Shown in pieces: positions 37,701-49,199 of a stretch of DNA of 64,000 nt (its first letter is position 1; each line of letters starts with the position of its first letter). Source of the DNA: Utricularia gibba (taxonomy: Eukaryota; Plantae; Magnoliophyta); the NCBI GenBank assembly GCA_002189035.1, contig NEEC01000011.1, positions 1 to 64,000 of the forward strand, written 5' to 3'. The notes under the pieces are model-generated. The model was given only the letters and a program-made list of their open reading frames with translations. It was not told the DNA's origin and searched no databases. A program made the translations under genes and the position numbers.

Positions 37701-39944
37701 GACTTTTCAAAGGTGTGTCACCAGCATTTTTTCGGATTATATTGATGATTTCATTGAAGTATTCATGGATGACTTTACTGTGCATGGGACTAGCTTTGAT
37801 GATTGTTTGAATCATTTGGAACTTGTGTTGAAACGTTGTTATGAAAAAGGATTTAGTTTTGAACTTTGAAAAATGCCATTTCATGGTGCGCCAAGGAATT
37901 GTACTTGGCCATGTTGTTTCTGCAACAGGTCTTATAGTAGATCCTGCTAAGGTAAGTATTATTTCTGGTTTACCATATCCACGTGGAAAGAGGAATTCGT
38001 GCATTTTTAGGCCATGTCGGATTTTACAGGAGATTTATTAAAGGTTTTTCTCAAGTTGCTCGACCACTAACCAATCTCTTGCAGAAGGATGCTGAGTTTA
38101 TTTTTTCAGATGAATGTAAGCATGCTTTTGGCACTCTCAAGGCAGCAGTGACATCAGCTCCTATCATACAAGCACCCAATTGGAGTGAGCCCTTCCATGT
38201 GATGACTGATGCATCCAACTATGCAGTAGGAGCTGTGTTAGGCCAGAAACTTGATGGAAAAGACACTGTTATCAGCTATGCTTCCAAAAACTTGGATAAT
38301 GCTCAAGCAAATTACACTACAACTGAGAAGGAGATGCTAGTTGTGGTATTTGCCTTGGAAAAGTTCAGAAGCTATTTCCTGGGCAACAAAGTGATTGTGC
38401 ACATAGACCATGCCGCCATCAAACACCTCATGTCTAAGAAGGAGACCAAACCGAGGCTTATGAGGTGGGTCTTATTGCTGCAAGAGTTCAATGTGGAAAT
38501 CAGGGATAAGCCTGGGAAGCTCAATGAAGTTGTAGATCACCTTAGCAGAATCGAGCAACCCATGGATGGTGTTCCAATTGTTGAAGAATTCCCAGATAAA
38601 CAACTCTGCGCAATTAAGGCTGATGCAGGGAAGACTAGTAAGCCATGGTACGCTGACATAGCCAATTATCTGTGCACTGGAGAGCTCGCATTGGACTTAA
38701 AGAGTTATGAGAAGCTGAAGTTGAAGAGTGAGAGTAAGCACTATTTTTGGGATGACCCCTATCTATGGAAAAATTGTGCTGATGGTGTTGTGCGACGCTG
38801 CTTGGCCGAAGATGATATTCAGCAAGTGTTGGCTTTCTATCATGCGTCTCCTTGTGGAGGGCACCATGGTCCTAACCGTACTGCCAAGAAGGTCCTAGAT
38901 TGTGGCTATTATTGGCCAACAGTTTTCAAAGATGCCAAGTCTTACTGTAAGAGCTGCGAAAACTGCCAAAGAACAGGGAACATCTCCAACCGCCATGAAA
39001 TGCCAATGCAGTCAATTGTTGTTCCAGAAGTGTTCGATGTGTGGGGTATAGACTTTATGGGCCCCTTTCCAAACTTTGATGGCTATGAGTATATTCTGGT
39101 GGCAGTGGACTATGTTTCAAAGTGGATGGAGGCAATTCCCACCAAGTCACAAGATACTCATTCAATCATACGTTTTTTGAAGAATAACATCTTTGTGAGG
39201 TTTGGAACACCCAAAGCCTTGATCAGTGATCGTGGAAGCCATTTCTTTAACAAGGCTATGGAGAGACTGCTGAAAAGCTATGGAGTCTAGTACAAGCCAT
39301 CTAATTCTTACCACCCTCAGACCAATGGGCAGGCAAAAGTTTCTAGTCGGGAGATCAAGCAAATTTTGGAAAAGACTGTGACTTCTTCTCGCAAGGACTA
39401 GAGCTCCAAGTTGAATGACACCTTGTGGGCAATTCACACAGCCTTCAAAGCCCCTATCGGTATGTCTCCTTTTCGTCTTGTATATGGTAAACATTGCCAT
39501 TTGCCCATTAAATTAGAGCAAAAGGCAAGATGGGCGATCCAACGAGTGAACTTGGAAATTCAAGGCAGTGGTGACTTCAGGAAGCTCCAACTTTCAGAGC
39601 TTGATGAGCTAAGACATGAGGCCTACATGAATTCAAAAATCTTCAAGGAACGCACGAAGCAGTTCCATGACCGCCAGATCTTGAGAAAGCACTTTGAACC
39701 TGGGCAAAAGGTATTATTATTTCAATCTAAACTCAAACTTCACCCACGTAAACTGAAATCTCATTGGGAAGGACCTTTTGTGATTAAACATGTGAATCCT
39801 AACGGTTCCATTGAGTTGTTTGATAGAGACATGCATAGCTCACTCACTGTGAATGGGCATAGATTGAAAGTGTTCCATGAGCTTATGATAGATGAAGTGG
39901 GACACCCTGTGGATGCTGTGGCATTCACTGAAGTTCCTCTTTGA
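34716..39944 (+). pseudogene. Disrupted Athila gag-pol (gag, protease, RT, RNase H, integrase); no matching 3' LTR found
   Basis: gag (EDPHMHI, AKTWFNTL, Y..RF..LL..CPHHG); protease (ADQGTSINMMP); RT (WRVCIDYRKLN, MPFGLCNAP, FMDDF); RNase H ([20 protein letters not shown]); integrase ([24 protein letters not shown]). There are multiple stops and frameshifts, the RT FLDGYSG segment is deleted, and the D35E Glu is replaced by Lys. Confidence 0.93.
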
Positions 39945-41371
39945 AACTTTGGACTTAAGTCTTACCCTAAGACTTATTCTAAGGTCCTCGATGGGAGGTA
40001 ACCAGTATTTTCTACTTTTATTTCCTTTGTGCATTTTTATTTTCTTTTTGCACTTTTAGTTATGCATTCTGCTTTTGTGAGGTGGCAATCAGTTATCTTG
40101 TTGAATTTGTTTGTCCCACTGTTAGTTTCTGATGCAATGGCCCATATCCTGTGTAGTTGCAACTCTTTCTTTATTTTTAGTTACACAGGCCCAGTGGGTT
40201 CAATTTAAAAAGAGTGGGAAACCCTTCTTCCCAACAGCTATTTTCTCTCTTGCGCACATTCCTTCCTTTCTTAGAACGTTGCGACTCTTCCATGGAAAAC
40301 TTTCTGCTACTCCTCCTCCACCGGAGCGCTTTACCCCTGGACCCCCACTCACACCAGACCTCATTTATGCGGATTTCTTTGAGGACCAGGAAATTTCAGA
40401 ACCCTCGGTGAGGGGTAGTCCCAAGAGTGCAGCCCTTACTACTGCTTGAAGGAAATTCGAGAGTTGAGAGGCATTGTAGGCACCCTGAAGATGTATTTGG
40501 AGACTCTGCTTGACTTATAGACATGCATAAGTCCTACTGTTCCTCCTAAGCCTTGACTGACCTTTACCCTCTTTGTTTTGTAAATTTTGTTCTGTGTTTT
40601 ATGAGTCTTTGCATGTGTTTTGTAATTGTTTGTCTATCTTTTGTCGCCTTGAGTACTGCTGAGCATGTTTAGGAATTTTGGTTCATTCTAGACATGTAGT
40701 ATACCTACCTCTTCGCTTCTATGAGGACTCAGCCTTTTTAGTTCTTACCTGTGCAAGACTTATATGAGGGTAGCCAGATTTTGTAGAAAAGTGCATGCAT
40801 GCGACCTGTGTTTTGCTCTATCTACACTAGGACTTTCTTGTGAATAGCTTGTACGTGGCCTGCTAGTGTAGATGTTTGAGGAGTGCTGAGTTAGACACAT
40901 AAATCGTGGCTGATGCACATAAAAAAATTTTGAATGATAAAAGGCAAGCTCAAATCTAAAAAAAAGCCGAGCTATATGTAAAGAAAAAAAAAGAGGCAAA
41001 GAGGTACAAAAGCCGAGCACACCAGAAAAGCCATGCTGTAAAAAATATATATCTTGTAGAAAATAAGAGCTTGAGGCTTAGACACTATGAACTCATCATT
41101 TTCCCTGAACATATTCAGTGGTCTGGCCAACCACTCTAGGAGAAATAAGGATGAACAAAGGGAGGGGAATATGACTAAGTCGTAGTGGAAGAGTTCTCAA
41201 GTTTCTATACTTTTGTTTAGTACCTCTTGTGCATCATTTTTCATTCTTAGCCACCATTTTTGTTATAAGTCGTATGTGTCTTACAAGGTACAACTCATAC
41301 ATGTCACTATTAGTATGCCACTGCCTATTAGGATCAAGTTAGTAATAGTGCATTTGTTTTTAACAAAAGTT

Positions 41372-41933
41372 GATCCTTAGCCGCAAGCGCTTACACGTGA
41401 ATGCTTGACTCTAAATAAAAAAAGTTGATGAAAAACGAAAGGGAAGGAATCCAAAACATGCTAGACTCGACTCTAAATCCTAAATTGACTTTCTGGTCGT
41501 CTCCCTTGACTCACTCTGTTGATCTTCGCGTTTGGATTTTTATATAATGGTGAGGACTTGTCGGGCTTTCTTGATGGGCTCACATCAAATCTTTTATCTG
41601 GATCTTCTATGATTTGATACATATCTTCCAGGTTAAGATCCAAGTTTTCCAAGATAAGATACGAATCTTATCTTATCCGAGAATCTTTGGCCGAGTCTCC
41701 ATCCGGATAGACCAAATCTTTGCCTCCATCAAAGTCAACTCGAAAATCCTTTAAATTATGCCAAAATTGTCCTGAAAAATCACAAAACACATTTTCCCTC
41801 CAAAAAGATCAAAGTGGTATGAAAGATATAAAATTCTTCTAAAAACATAAGAAAAGTGGGATAAAAAGAATGTAAAACCCATCTAAGTGAGTCTCAAAAA
41901 GCACAAATATAAGTGACACAAAATCAACTATCA
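41372..41933 (-). mobile_element. 5' half of an Athila-type LTR (truncated), same subfamily as 13655
   Basis: Reverse complement is colinear with 13655-~14200 (TGATAGTTGATTTTGTGTCACTTATATTT... to GCGCTTGCGGCTAAGGATC). Confidence 0.8.
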
Positions 41934-43465
41934 ATTGACATCGCCATGAATCCAATTTTTTGAAAAAAAATTGATAAGTGATTTTGTGTCGGTCCAAAAT
42001 ATATTCTTCCACTACTCTTGAGTGTTTTTTTACTTATCTTAGACTCCATTTTCTCATTATTCTCAATTGATTTTACATCTTTCACACTACTTTGATCTTT
42101 TTGGAGAGAAAGTGTATTTTTTGGATTTTTAGGGTACTTTTGGATCAATTTGAGGAGAAATCAAGACCCACCAAATTATGGACTTGATGGGCCACGAATC
42201 TCAGCCCAAGACTCGGTCAAATGATGAAGATTTGGTCCAAGATTCGTGGATAAGATAGAGATATGAAGAAGATTTCGAAGATTTGGATAAAAGATTTGGA
42301 TAGAAGACCTTATCCAAGCACATCGAATAAGCTAAATATGAAGACTTGAATCTACTTTCCTATAAATATCCCACCCTCTCAACCATTAGAGACGTCTTTG
42401 ACCACTTTTACTTTGAATCTTTCCTATTTTCATGTTTGAGTCGAGTCTGCGCGTGTAGGCGCTTGCGGCTGAGGATCTGCGGTGAAGCCTTGCTTTCACA
42501 AGTCATGTGCGTGTGACTATTTTACTATGTTTTTAGACATTTAAATTGAGGTTTGATTCTATTTTTCGCAACATTTTCTTTATCAACGTGCTCTTTAGTA
42601 CCATATAACCCTAAGGGAGTGTAGTAGAATCAAAGGTTGGCCTCAAGCACTTAAGGAGAAGAGCTCAATCGGACATCGTTGGTAAGGCACATTCTGACTA
42701 ATCTGTCTGCGAGGTGTGAGGTGTAGGGGTTAGATTTGGGTGTAGGGAAAACATGGGTTATCACAAGAGGTGAAATGGCTCTGGTGGCATGGTTGATTCC
42801 ATAATCCCACTAAACGAGGGACGATGCTATAACGGTTACCGAGTAGTACTATTTTAGAATAACACTCCCAGAACTTGCGCAAGCAGGTCAGTCTTCAAGG
42901 TTTACACACACAAGTTTGGTCGAGTTTTGAGCAAGATGGATCCCAGGTCCAATGCCACTTTTATTCTTGTTTTTAAAACCAAATCTTTCTTTTGTTTTCG
43001 GTCTTTTTGAGTCTTTGTTTGAAAAGAAAATTCCAATAAAAATTCCCTGTAGATACGATCTTATTTTATTACTTCGACGGTTTCTGTTCACTTGCATAAA
43101 TCACCATAAAAAACCAAACATGTGGAAATCAATCACCACTTTGTCAGAGAAAGAATTGAAGACAGCGAGATCAATTTGCATTATATATGCAATGAGGAAT
43201 AGCTGACAAATATATTGATCAAGTCATTGCCAAAGCCATGTTTTGAATACCTAATAGGCAAATTGCGCAAACATGGATTGGCTCATTTGAGGGGGCATGT
43301 TGAAATTAATACATAATGGTATTATTGTAATTTAGTGGTATGTTTTTGTATAAATATACCAAATGTAATCCACGCCTCTAGTTCTTGACGTCAGTGTGCT
43401 CTCTATATTTTGTGTTCAATCTTGGATTTACTAGCATTTATCTCATTCATTATCAAAGTTTAACA
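41934..43465 (+). mobile_element. Ty1/copia 3' remnant: RNase H (41934-41971 and 43110-43290, split by the solo LTR), PPT and 168-bp LTR (43298-43465)
   Basis: IDIAMNPIF.EK | TKHVEINHHFVRERIE...ILIKSLPKPCFEYL...LRG, then GAGGGGGCA followed by TGTTGAA...TTTAACA. Confidence 0.78.
41972..43109 (+). mobile_element. Athila-type solo LTR inserted into a copia RNase H region
   Basis: TGATAAGTG...ATCACCATAA; the 3' half is highly similar to 14190-14829. Flanks AAAAT/AAAAC match 4/5. Confidence 0.8.
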
Positions 43466-43576
43466 ATCTTTAGGTCATCACGCCCCTATTTAAAGTCTTC
43501 CATCTTTATCTTTGGTTAGGAGCCGCTGACCTCGAGAATGAGCCACGTAGCCATGGTTGTTGCTGATCTTCTTCTC

Positions 43577-46567
43577 TTAGACAACGTACACCATCCCGAC
43601 TTCAAGCAGCGACGCCGGCGGGACCTTCAGGGCGACATCGTTCCCACGGCAATTCCGGCGGAGGAAATTGTATCCGAAATCAATCGCCACCCTCTTCAGG
43701 AACGAGGATCCTTTTTTCGTCTGCACATGGGAATTCCCAACAATGAACGCTGTCCCCGCCTGCTGCGCCTCGTGTAAATCTCCTAGCTCATGTTCCGCCC
43801 CCGACGGGATCCCTATCCCACGCCCTTGGTCTTCATCATCTTCAATCGCGAACCTAACCCTTCTCTCGGGTACCACCAGTTCTTCGTTAAGGCTCTCAAT
43901 CGATGAGAAGCCCTCTGATCCCACGCTCACCGGTTCTAAATTGCTGTCGGAGAAAGTCACGGTTCCGACCACCGCGAACCTGCACTCGCCCGCCAGTGAT
44001 GCACGGGAAGAAGATCCGCCGCCGATGTCACTACAATCGGGGTTGATGATGCCATGAGATTTGCGCCAATCATAGCGAATGAAATCTGCCAGTTTGCTGA
44101 TCAGCTCCGATTCGAATGAATCCACATCTTGATGAACATCTCGGTAACCGTATCTCACGATGCACCGGTAGGACCGATGGGATGCCGGTCCCACGCGGCC
44201 TACAAGATACCTCTCCGCTGGAAGAACATATGGAACAGGGACAGACTTGATGCATACAAAGACAAGAACGCGATGAAAGGCCGGAAGATTGGTGACAAAT
44301 CGGGAAAAGTTGGCAGGAACTCCTGATGTCAAGTCTGTGAAAACAATGCCGATACCTGGTACGCGAGCGATACCCAGACTTGGTTCTAACGCAAGGAGCC
44401 ATTCAAGAGAAACCTTATTGTGGAGATCGAATTCATACTTCTTGATCGTTGCATAGTGCCAAGTGAACATCACACTCACGAGGACGAGGGCCAGGAGGAT
44501 TGGGAGCCAAGCTCCGTCTTTGAATTTGGTCACAGAAGCCGAAAAGTAGAGCAACTCGATTGATCCAAAGAAGAGGAGGAAGCACAGAGCCAGGACTGGA
44601 GGTTTGTGCCAACACAGGATGATTACCAAAGAAGTCAGGCATGTGGTAACCATCATTACGGCCATAACTGCCAATCCTATAGCAACAAACAGGAGGAAAG
44701 GTAAAAACATGCAGTGTGTATATATAAGCCATTGCTTATCTTTTGCGTACTGATACTAAGTAGTTGCCTGTTCAGGTACCTGATGCATTTCCCATGTGCT
44801 TGACGTCTCGAAATCCAATAGTCACAGCGATGCAGAGTATCATGAGCAACCAGTTGATCTCTGGTATATAAATCTGGCCATGGATTTTGTCGGAGGTGTG
44901 GATAACTTTGACCTTTGGGAAGCATCCGAGGGATTGGCTCTGGTTGATGATGGAGAATGTGCCACTGATTATCGCCTGGCTCCCGACAACGGAAGCAAGT
45001 ATTGCAACTCCAAGGACCGGCCATCTAACAGACTCTGATCCACAAGAAAGACATGTAAGATCATCTGAGTTTTGCTTCATCATAATTTTTCTTGAACACA
45101 CACTTGCCTGGAACTGAAACATAGAAGCCAATGTTCTGAATCATGTCATGATGTTGTGATAAGTATGCAGCTTGCCCCAAATACGCTAATGTCAATGCAG
45201 GATATACCAGGAACGTGAAAGCAATCTGCATTATAAATAAAACACACTACCATTCATCAGGTTTCAATAAACTCTCAGATGATTCATGGCTGTGCCAGCA
45301 ACTTCACCTGAATTGCTGCATAGGAGAAGTGGCCAAGATCAGCAAACATGGCTTCAGAGCCTGCAAGAAGGGAAAAGATCAAGACATCCTTCGGATATTC
45401 GTGGAATAGGGCTAGAAGAAACTAGTTCATTTACCAGTTATGCACAAGAGGATTCCTCCTAGAGACATCCATCCGCCTTTTCTGGTTTTCTTCAGAAATC
45501 TCACCATATAGAGGGGGGATAGCGCCTTGTATATTTGGGGATTCCATTCGATGATGTTGTACAATCCCAGTGCACTGATAGACAACAACCAAGTGAAGAC
45601 AATCGGCGCAAAGCAGGTGCCAATTCTGTGGGTACCATAGTGTTGCAAGGCGAATAAGCAAACTAATATGAAGCAAGTGATTGGGAGCACTGCATCTGAA
45701 AATAGAAGAGAATGAATTTGATAACCCAAGGCACCTACAATGTTGAAGGCAAAGAGTTTGAGATGGAAATAGGCTTACATTGGTGGTGATCCTTTGACAT
45801 TGATAACTCGAGCCCAGAAACAGCAGAGAAGACTACAAATATGGCATGGTATACATATGCGGCTTCAATTGATGATGAATGCAATGTGAAAAATGATGAG
45901 CAGATGATTAAGGGCGTTACCAGATATTGCAGGAGTTAACAGTCCATCTCCAATCACCATACAAGTACCAAGGAGAACCAAGAGCAGCAAAGCAATGTGC
46001 AAAAACTTGTGATTCTCCAACAGCATCTTCACTCTTGAGCGGCTCGTCGTCTCCGTTGGGGGCCTAGTTTATATGTGGAAAGCTCCTCATCTGCAACTTG
46101 CCGGTTGGGTAGCAGACTGACTTTGGTGTGTCTGCATATGAGAGAATACAGAGCAAAAGTCCCCCTGAAATTGGAGTGAAATACTGTTCAGAATACAACA
46201 TAGAATATACTTAGCTTCGAGATTCTGGACACCCATTTCACCTTCCCATTGTCGTCTGCTCGAAGCACAATAAACACGTATTTGAACAGAGGAACGAGGG
46301 TTAGTGTCCAGAAGACGAAAGAAAGAACGCCAAATATCTCCTCATTCGTTTCCGAGTGATGAATATCTTCAGCAAATGTGCTTCTGTAGACGTAGAGAGG
46401 GGAAATACTGAGGTCCCCATAGACTACTCCAAGGCTCTGGTAAGCTAAAAACAGTGTAGTTCTCCAAGAATCCTCCTGGAATTCCAAACCCAGTTTGAGT
46501 GAAATGAAGCCAACAAGCTCAACAACAGAGGAATCATACAAACCTTTGACCCTGAGGAGAGATCCAT
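43577..46567 (-). CDS. KUP2: HAK/KUP/KT potassium transporter, KUP2/KT2-like; 9 exons (46544-46567, 46242-46475, 45921-46164, 45779-45832, 45435-45695, 45308-45360, 45108-45225, 44780-45034, 43577-44676); frameshifted as assembled
   Basis: [64 protein letters not shown]-terminal [17 protein letters not shown]. Three 1-bp deficits in exons 2 and 3 give TGA at 46087-46089. Confidence 0.9.
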
Positions 46568-47637
46568 CGTTGGTCGATGGGCGAAGGGGATGAAGAAGCA
46601 CCGATACAAATTAGGTGAAGATTCTGATGAAAATATGGCAGCAGAAAAGCACAACGATGACCCAACTCCTCTCTTCTACATACGTAATTCCCTGCAGCGA
46701 AACAAATGTGAAACACCAAACTTGTGTTCACTTTCCAGGTGGCGACAAGGTAATTTGAAACAGCACAACTAGAGAAGTACAGCTTTCCCACATGAAAAAA
46801 CGGAAACGGAATTGTGATCCAAATGAAAACCATCCCAGATCCACCCTTCGGGCCTCACCCTCTCTATTATTGTTTTCTTAGAGAGGAATGATGCCAAACC
46901 CCCCTTGTATCCGGAGAAATGATCAGAAGAAAACTGCAGCAGGGAATGTATGATAAATTTGATCTCCCAAACCTGGTTCTAACGAAGAGTAGCAGCTGAC
47001 TAGTTCTGGAATTTGATCCTCAGTGTTCGTAGTGTGCAAGCGAGCAGAATCAGAGCGCAGAAAGTGTGTGACGGGATGATTCGAGGAGACATTTGCACGA
47101 TGAAATTGAGCCCCCACAGGAGTAAAGAAGGGACAAGCACCAATGCGTTTCCTGCACATCGCAGGCCCATCCATAATACGGACAGGCACACTTGCATCTT
47201 CTTCAGGGTACCACACCATTACTAATATTTTAACTACCAAGCTTTAAAAATTTTCTACTTGTGGTGGTTTTCAAAAATCCATGCATCGATTTCAGGGGAA
47301 TTCTCGCATGAAAATGGAAATTGAGAAGCTGGAGGCCCCCACCTTTATTTACCTACGCTTCTCCATCAGAGAGTCCCCTTCGTCTCTTCACTTTCACTAC
47401 CATAAAGGGACGAGGTTTTCTTTTTTCTCACCAACAACGACAGTACGGCACACGCAAGAAGACAAAACTGTGAACGTCTCCTCCCCCGCCCCTTCCATTT
47501 ATCTATTTTCAAAACTATCTACTACACCAAATACCATTTACAAAACTATTGACCCGAACCGGGGTGATCTATCCATGACCGGGATGAAGTTTGGGGTGAA
47601 ACTAAGCGGAGGTCCGAACCGACTAATGTATCTTTTC

Positions 47638-47642
<5 letters not shown>

Positions 47643-47670
<28 letters not shown>
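47643..47670. repeat. (TA)14 microsatellite
   Basis: Direct reading of the sequence. Confidence 0.95.
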
Positions 47671-47674
<4 letters not shown>

Positions 47675-48736
47675 ATTATAATTACTATAATTTACATTTT
47701 TTAATATATAAAAAAAAATTTCAATAAAATGATTTTTTAAATAATTTTTTATACTTTTTATATGAAATCTATATTATTAATATTAAAATTATTATATAAG
47801 TATTATTAAATATAAAAAAAGTTAGTTTTTATTATTGAAAAATAATAATTTTTTACTTTTTAAAAATAAGTGTTTAGATATATTTTTATTGATTTATTAG
47901 AACAGTTTATATTTTATTTTACATGTTTTAAGGATTATTTAATAACAAAAATATTGAATATTTTTGAATGTTTAAGAATAGAAAAATGATTAATATTTTA
48001 CTACAAAACTCAAAATTTTATTATATATTTCTATGCTTTTGTGACTAGTAACGTCATCGTGTCTTCTATTCTTAATTGATACTAAATCAAATTTCATCTT
48101 AATCTTAGTTCTAATAATTCCCCTCAGCAATGCAGTATATGTCAATGATCTAAATCCCAAGGAACCAAAAGAGAACAGTAAAGTATCATAAGATAGAGAC
48201 AAAATCTGAAAAGAAAGTACACCAAAATCCAAGGAGATAGAGATTGGATTTTGGAAATTATGTAAAATGATGAAGAGTGAAGAAAAATATTTGAAGAACT
48301 TGGAACAATATGCCACAAACTTTTGGAAGGTAGATTTGGAGAAAGACTAATAGGAATAACGAAGAAAACGAATTTGGAATTGAGTCTCTTTTTAAGACTT
48401 CTTCATTTTATGAAGAACAGTATTCCTAGCTTAGAATAGTATCTCTTTACACAATTGTTTACGATTTCAATTACTGCATGCTTTGTTATTTCCTTTCTTA
48501 ATGTCACATTGTGGAACGAAAATGGTTTTCCTGTTATGTTATGAAAGTATTTTTTTTTTTTTTTACCTTCGTATCAGTGATTAGGCATTTAGGGATGCCT
48601 TGGGACAAAGAGGGATGAACAAGCTTATTATTCACTAGATCACACCACCGACTAATCACTCTACTTTTTTAACAAATCAGGATAGATTCAAGAGGAAAAG
48701 GTAGAGGTTCTCATCATAAATAATCCAAATTAGAGG

Positions 48737-49199
48737 TGTAAGGCCAAGGGCATAGTGATGGTTACACATCCCACATTGGTTACGAACAAGGAAGGGGATG
48801 TGCTTAAATAGAGAGACTCTCCTAATCTTGTATGAGGCCTTTTCCCTGGAATGGAAGAACGTAAAACCATGAGGATTGGGTATCCGCAGCGGACAATATC
48901 GTGTAAAGTAAGTATGAGTCATGAAATTTGATATTAGAGCCAAACCTGGGCTCGTGCCAAGGGTGGGATGAGGTTGCACTCAGTGAGGATGTTGAGTCTC
49001 TAAGAGAGGGTGAATGTAAGACCAAGGGCCTAGTGATGGTTGCGCATCCCACATTGGTTACGGACAGGGGAGGGGATGCGCTTAAATAGAGAGACTCTTC
49101 TAATCTTATATGAGGCCTTTTCCCCGGAAGGGGAGAACATAAAACCATGAGGGTTAGGTACCCGTATCGGACAATATCATGCAAGGCAAGTGTTTGACA
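48737..49199 (+). mobile_element. Complete TRIM (terminal-repeat retrotransposon in miniature), 463 bp
   Basis: Direct repeats 48737-48926 and 49015-49199 (TGTAAG...TGA[A/C]A); PBS-like TGATATTAGAGCC (tRNA-Met type, 2 mismatches) at 48929-48941; PPT AAGAGAGGGTGAA before LTR2; perfect 5-bp TSD AGAGG on both sides. Confidence 0.9.

Noticed and set aside
40132-40449. ORF after pol as an env-like gene
   Set aside because: It is short, lacks the motifs seen in the 32086 env-like ORF and lies in degenerate 3' sequence.
46590-47727. Short ORFs upstream of KUP2
   Set aside because: There are no recognisable motifs; the region reads as 5' UTR, intron or promoter and includes a (TA)n microsatellite.
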